Source: Carcharhinus amblyrhynchos (Eukaryota). From it: a stretch of 64,000 nucleotides of DNA. The stretch covers positions 89,094,001-89,158,000 of the forward strand of contig OZ336873.1 in NCBI GenBank assembly GCA_965287045.1, in the 5' to 3' direction. The translations under genes were made by a program, and so were the position numbers. The notes beneath the pieces were generated by a model that was not told the DNA's origin, made no database searches, and saw nothing but the letters and a program-made list of their open reading frames with translations. The first letter of the stretch is position 1. Each line of letters begins with the position of its first letter. Below, one piece after another: positions 61,708 to 64,000 of the stretch.

Positions 61708-62017
61708 TAAGGACCTCATGCACCCTGGGCATTCTCTCTTCCACCTTCTTTCACCGGGGGAAAGATACAAAAGTCTGAGGTCACGTATCAACCAACACAA
61801 GAACAGTTTCTTCCCTGCTGACATCAGACTTTAAATGGACCTACCTTGCATTAAGTTGATCTTTTTCTACACCCTAGCTATAAATGTATTACATTCTGCA
61901 TTCTCTCCTTTCCTTCTCTATGAACGATATACTTTGTCTGTATAGTGTGCAAGAAACAATACTTTTCACTGTATGCTAATATATGTGACAGTAATAAATT
62001 AAATCAAATTAAATCAA
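61708..62017 (+). mobile_element. Rex1/Babar-like LINE 3' end
   Basis: IIKDLMHPGHSLFHLLSPGERYKSLRSR..KNSFFP and an (AAATC/AAATT)n tail. Confidence 0.78.
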
Positions 62018-62145
62018 AAATGTTTGCTTATGACAGCCTGGCTGGTTACAAACTACCACAGACGTAAAATCTGCCCTGCCATATTCCATATCCTAGACTC
62101 ACTTTATTTTATTTATTTAATGTCTTTATTCAATGATTATTTTTA

Positions 62146-62414
62146 AAGTTTATTATTTATTTATTAATGTAACTCTTACATTAACGCTGCAATGAGGGTA
62201 CTGTGAAATTGTCAGAGTCACCACACTCCAGCGCCTGTTCAGATCAATGCACCTAACCAAAACATCTTTCAGAATGTGGGAGGAAATGGAGCATTTGGGG
62301 GAAACCCACGCAAACATGGGGAAAACATGCAAACTCCACACAGTGACACAAGCCAGGAATCAAACACAGGTCCCGGCACTGTGAGGCAGCAGGGCTAACC
62401 ACTGTGCCACCACG
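62146..62414 (-). mobile_element. V-SINE, alternative tail (short variant)
   Basis: Same structure as 27549-27813. Confidence 0.85.
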
Positions 62415-62621
62415 CAACCTAATTATTTGTAGTTGTATCAAAGAGGTTAATTAGTTGAGTTATAAATTTAATAGATTACTTAAACTTTCCTGGTTGCAAG
62501 GTTAAATTGCTGTCCTAAAGTAGAGAAGAATATAAGCCTTAAAACTCACCTTCCAATCACCCACCTGCTTAAATCATTGATACCTCTGGGTACCTGCTAT
62601 CAGGTCTCACTGTTTCTTTGT

Positions 62622-62757
62622 ATCCTGAGATGTGTAGGTTAGAGGGATTAGAGGATAAAACATGTAGGGATATGGGAGTAGGTCCTGGGTGGGATTGTGG
62701 TCGGTACAGACTTGATGGGCCGAATGGCCTCTTTCTGTGCTGTAGGGATTCTATGAA
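62622..62757 (+). mobile_element. 5'-truncated HE1 3' half
   Basis: GAGATGTGTAGGTTAGAGGGATTAG..GGGCCGAATGGCCTC..GGGATTCTATGA. Same subfamily as 59042-59219. Confidence 0.85.
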
Positions 62758-63104
62758 TGAGTCTTTCCTCATCGTACAAATTCCCTCACTCACTCAATTC
62801 CACAGGGTAAGCAAGTACTCTGCCTAGCTGCACTCCGCCAAGTAGAAATACACCTTTGTCAGTCAGGTGTGAGTCGCCATCATGCACACCTGCTCTGATT
62901 GTTAGCGGGAGAGAATCTCAAAGAAAGCGCTCAGGGTTGGTCCACGCATCAAAAGGATTTATTTTCGCCAGCGGGGAGATGGCTTCTGTTAAAGCCCAGC
63001 CTGACGAACAAAGGAAAAACATCCATTCTTATACATTTTTCAGACATCTACACAGCCCATCATGTCTGGACCTTATCCAATAACATTGATTACAGATTGC
63101 ATAA

Positions 63105-63800
63105 TTAGTCACATATCCAATGAAAAAGGCATTAAGCAAGGTGGGCTTGTGCATGATCAGCTCGTAGTCTCATGAACACAATTCGTTAGTATTATCTTCC
63201 TTTCTCCCATCTGGAGCACTTGAGTTTATAATACTCCTTGTCCAATGGGCCTCCTTATCATTTTCTATGAATGCCCTCACTAATCTTATGTGTCTGGTTT
63301 TCATCCGAGATCTTGGACCATAAAAGGGTACCAGCCATCAGTATCTGTGATCCATTATACACAAGCTTGTGATTAAGCTAGCTAATTGTGTTCAGGAATG
63401 TGGCTAACCCAGCTAGTATCCATTTTGTGCCATTTTAATATTCTGAACTTCTGTTAACGTGGTGGAGCTGATATGCATGCCTTTTGTGATCGTATAACAA
63501 TAAATTCATACACGTTCATGATGTACTATCTGTCCCTACCAATATAAATTGCTATACAGATACCTACAAATATAAGCTGTTACACAGGCATCTAAACTAA
63601 CAATATTATTCGATCTAAGCCTATTCTTTAAATCTCCCTTCAGAATGAATAGGAAGCCCAGAATTGGAATGCTAATGTATGGCTAAGTTAAAAAGCCCAG
63701 TCTTTGGTCCTTCAGATTCCCAATGAGTTGCCAGCCTTCCTCACTATAATTAGGCCTAAATACTAAAATGCTGGCCTTGACATGAGCTAACTCAACATAT
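63105..63800 (+). pseudogene. Very old non-LTR reverse transcriptase relic (RTE/RTEX-like)
   Basis: Ordered degenerate motifs across frameshifts: KGIKQGG, FSMNAL, VSVIHY, SVNVVELICMPF, YRYL, KPRIGMLMYG, FLTI/LGL..AL/HEL. Confidence 0.45.
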
Positions 63801-64000
63801 CGTTCTTCTGACAATAACTTATTTGTGTGGCTATACTCTTCCTCTATGGGGTGGCCATATTCAATGCTTATAAGGTGGTACTCTAGAGAACCAACTGTAC
63901 TAAGATTTTGTAAGATTAATTTAACCATATCATCTGATTGTGATTAGAACATATTTTACTAGACAGTTTACAAACAGGATTGGATTCTGTTTTTCTCAAA

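Noticed and set aside
2595-62827. Recurring similar short ORFs (e.g. HCLCGVCTFSLCLRGFPPG, KPEHLEETH..GRMCKLHT) that look like a gene family
   Set aside because: They are translations of the HE1 V-SINE core, not genes.
63683-63928. Minus-strand ORF containing YGHP, reminiscent of the GHP motif of mononegaviral L proteins (possible endogenous viral element)
   Set aside because: No other L-protein motif is nearby, and the opposite strand is better explained as a LINE RT relic.

Overview
Repeat-dense, AT-rich eukaryotic DNA, almost certainly from a shark or other elasmobranch (many HE1/V-SINE copies with shark-type CR1 LINE tails). I could not identify any intact host protein-coding gene. The ORFs I can recognise are decayed transposon fragments, and the rest look like chance ORFs. 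The window is layered transposon debris: HE1 V-SINEs with two different tails, a Deu-domain SINE, two other tRNA-SINEs, CR1, Rex1/Babar-like and RTE-like LINE relics, four decayed Gypsy LTR elements, several PIF/Harbinger relics (one keeps both convergent genes with splice sites), many Harbinger-type MITEs, Penelope termini with hammerhead remnants, and a 132-N gap. The most unusual signal is a recurring set of local fold-back or templated insertions. One decayed Gypsy integrase segment was copied in inverted orientation into two separate flanking MITEs. There is also an inverted self-copy at a CR1 5' end, a micro-inversion inside a SINE and a ~115-bp near-palindrome. All alignments were done by eye, so boundaries of old elements are approximate (tens of bp). 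I see no firm evidence of a new gene system.
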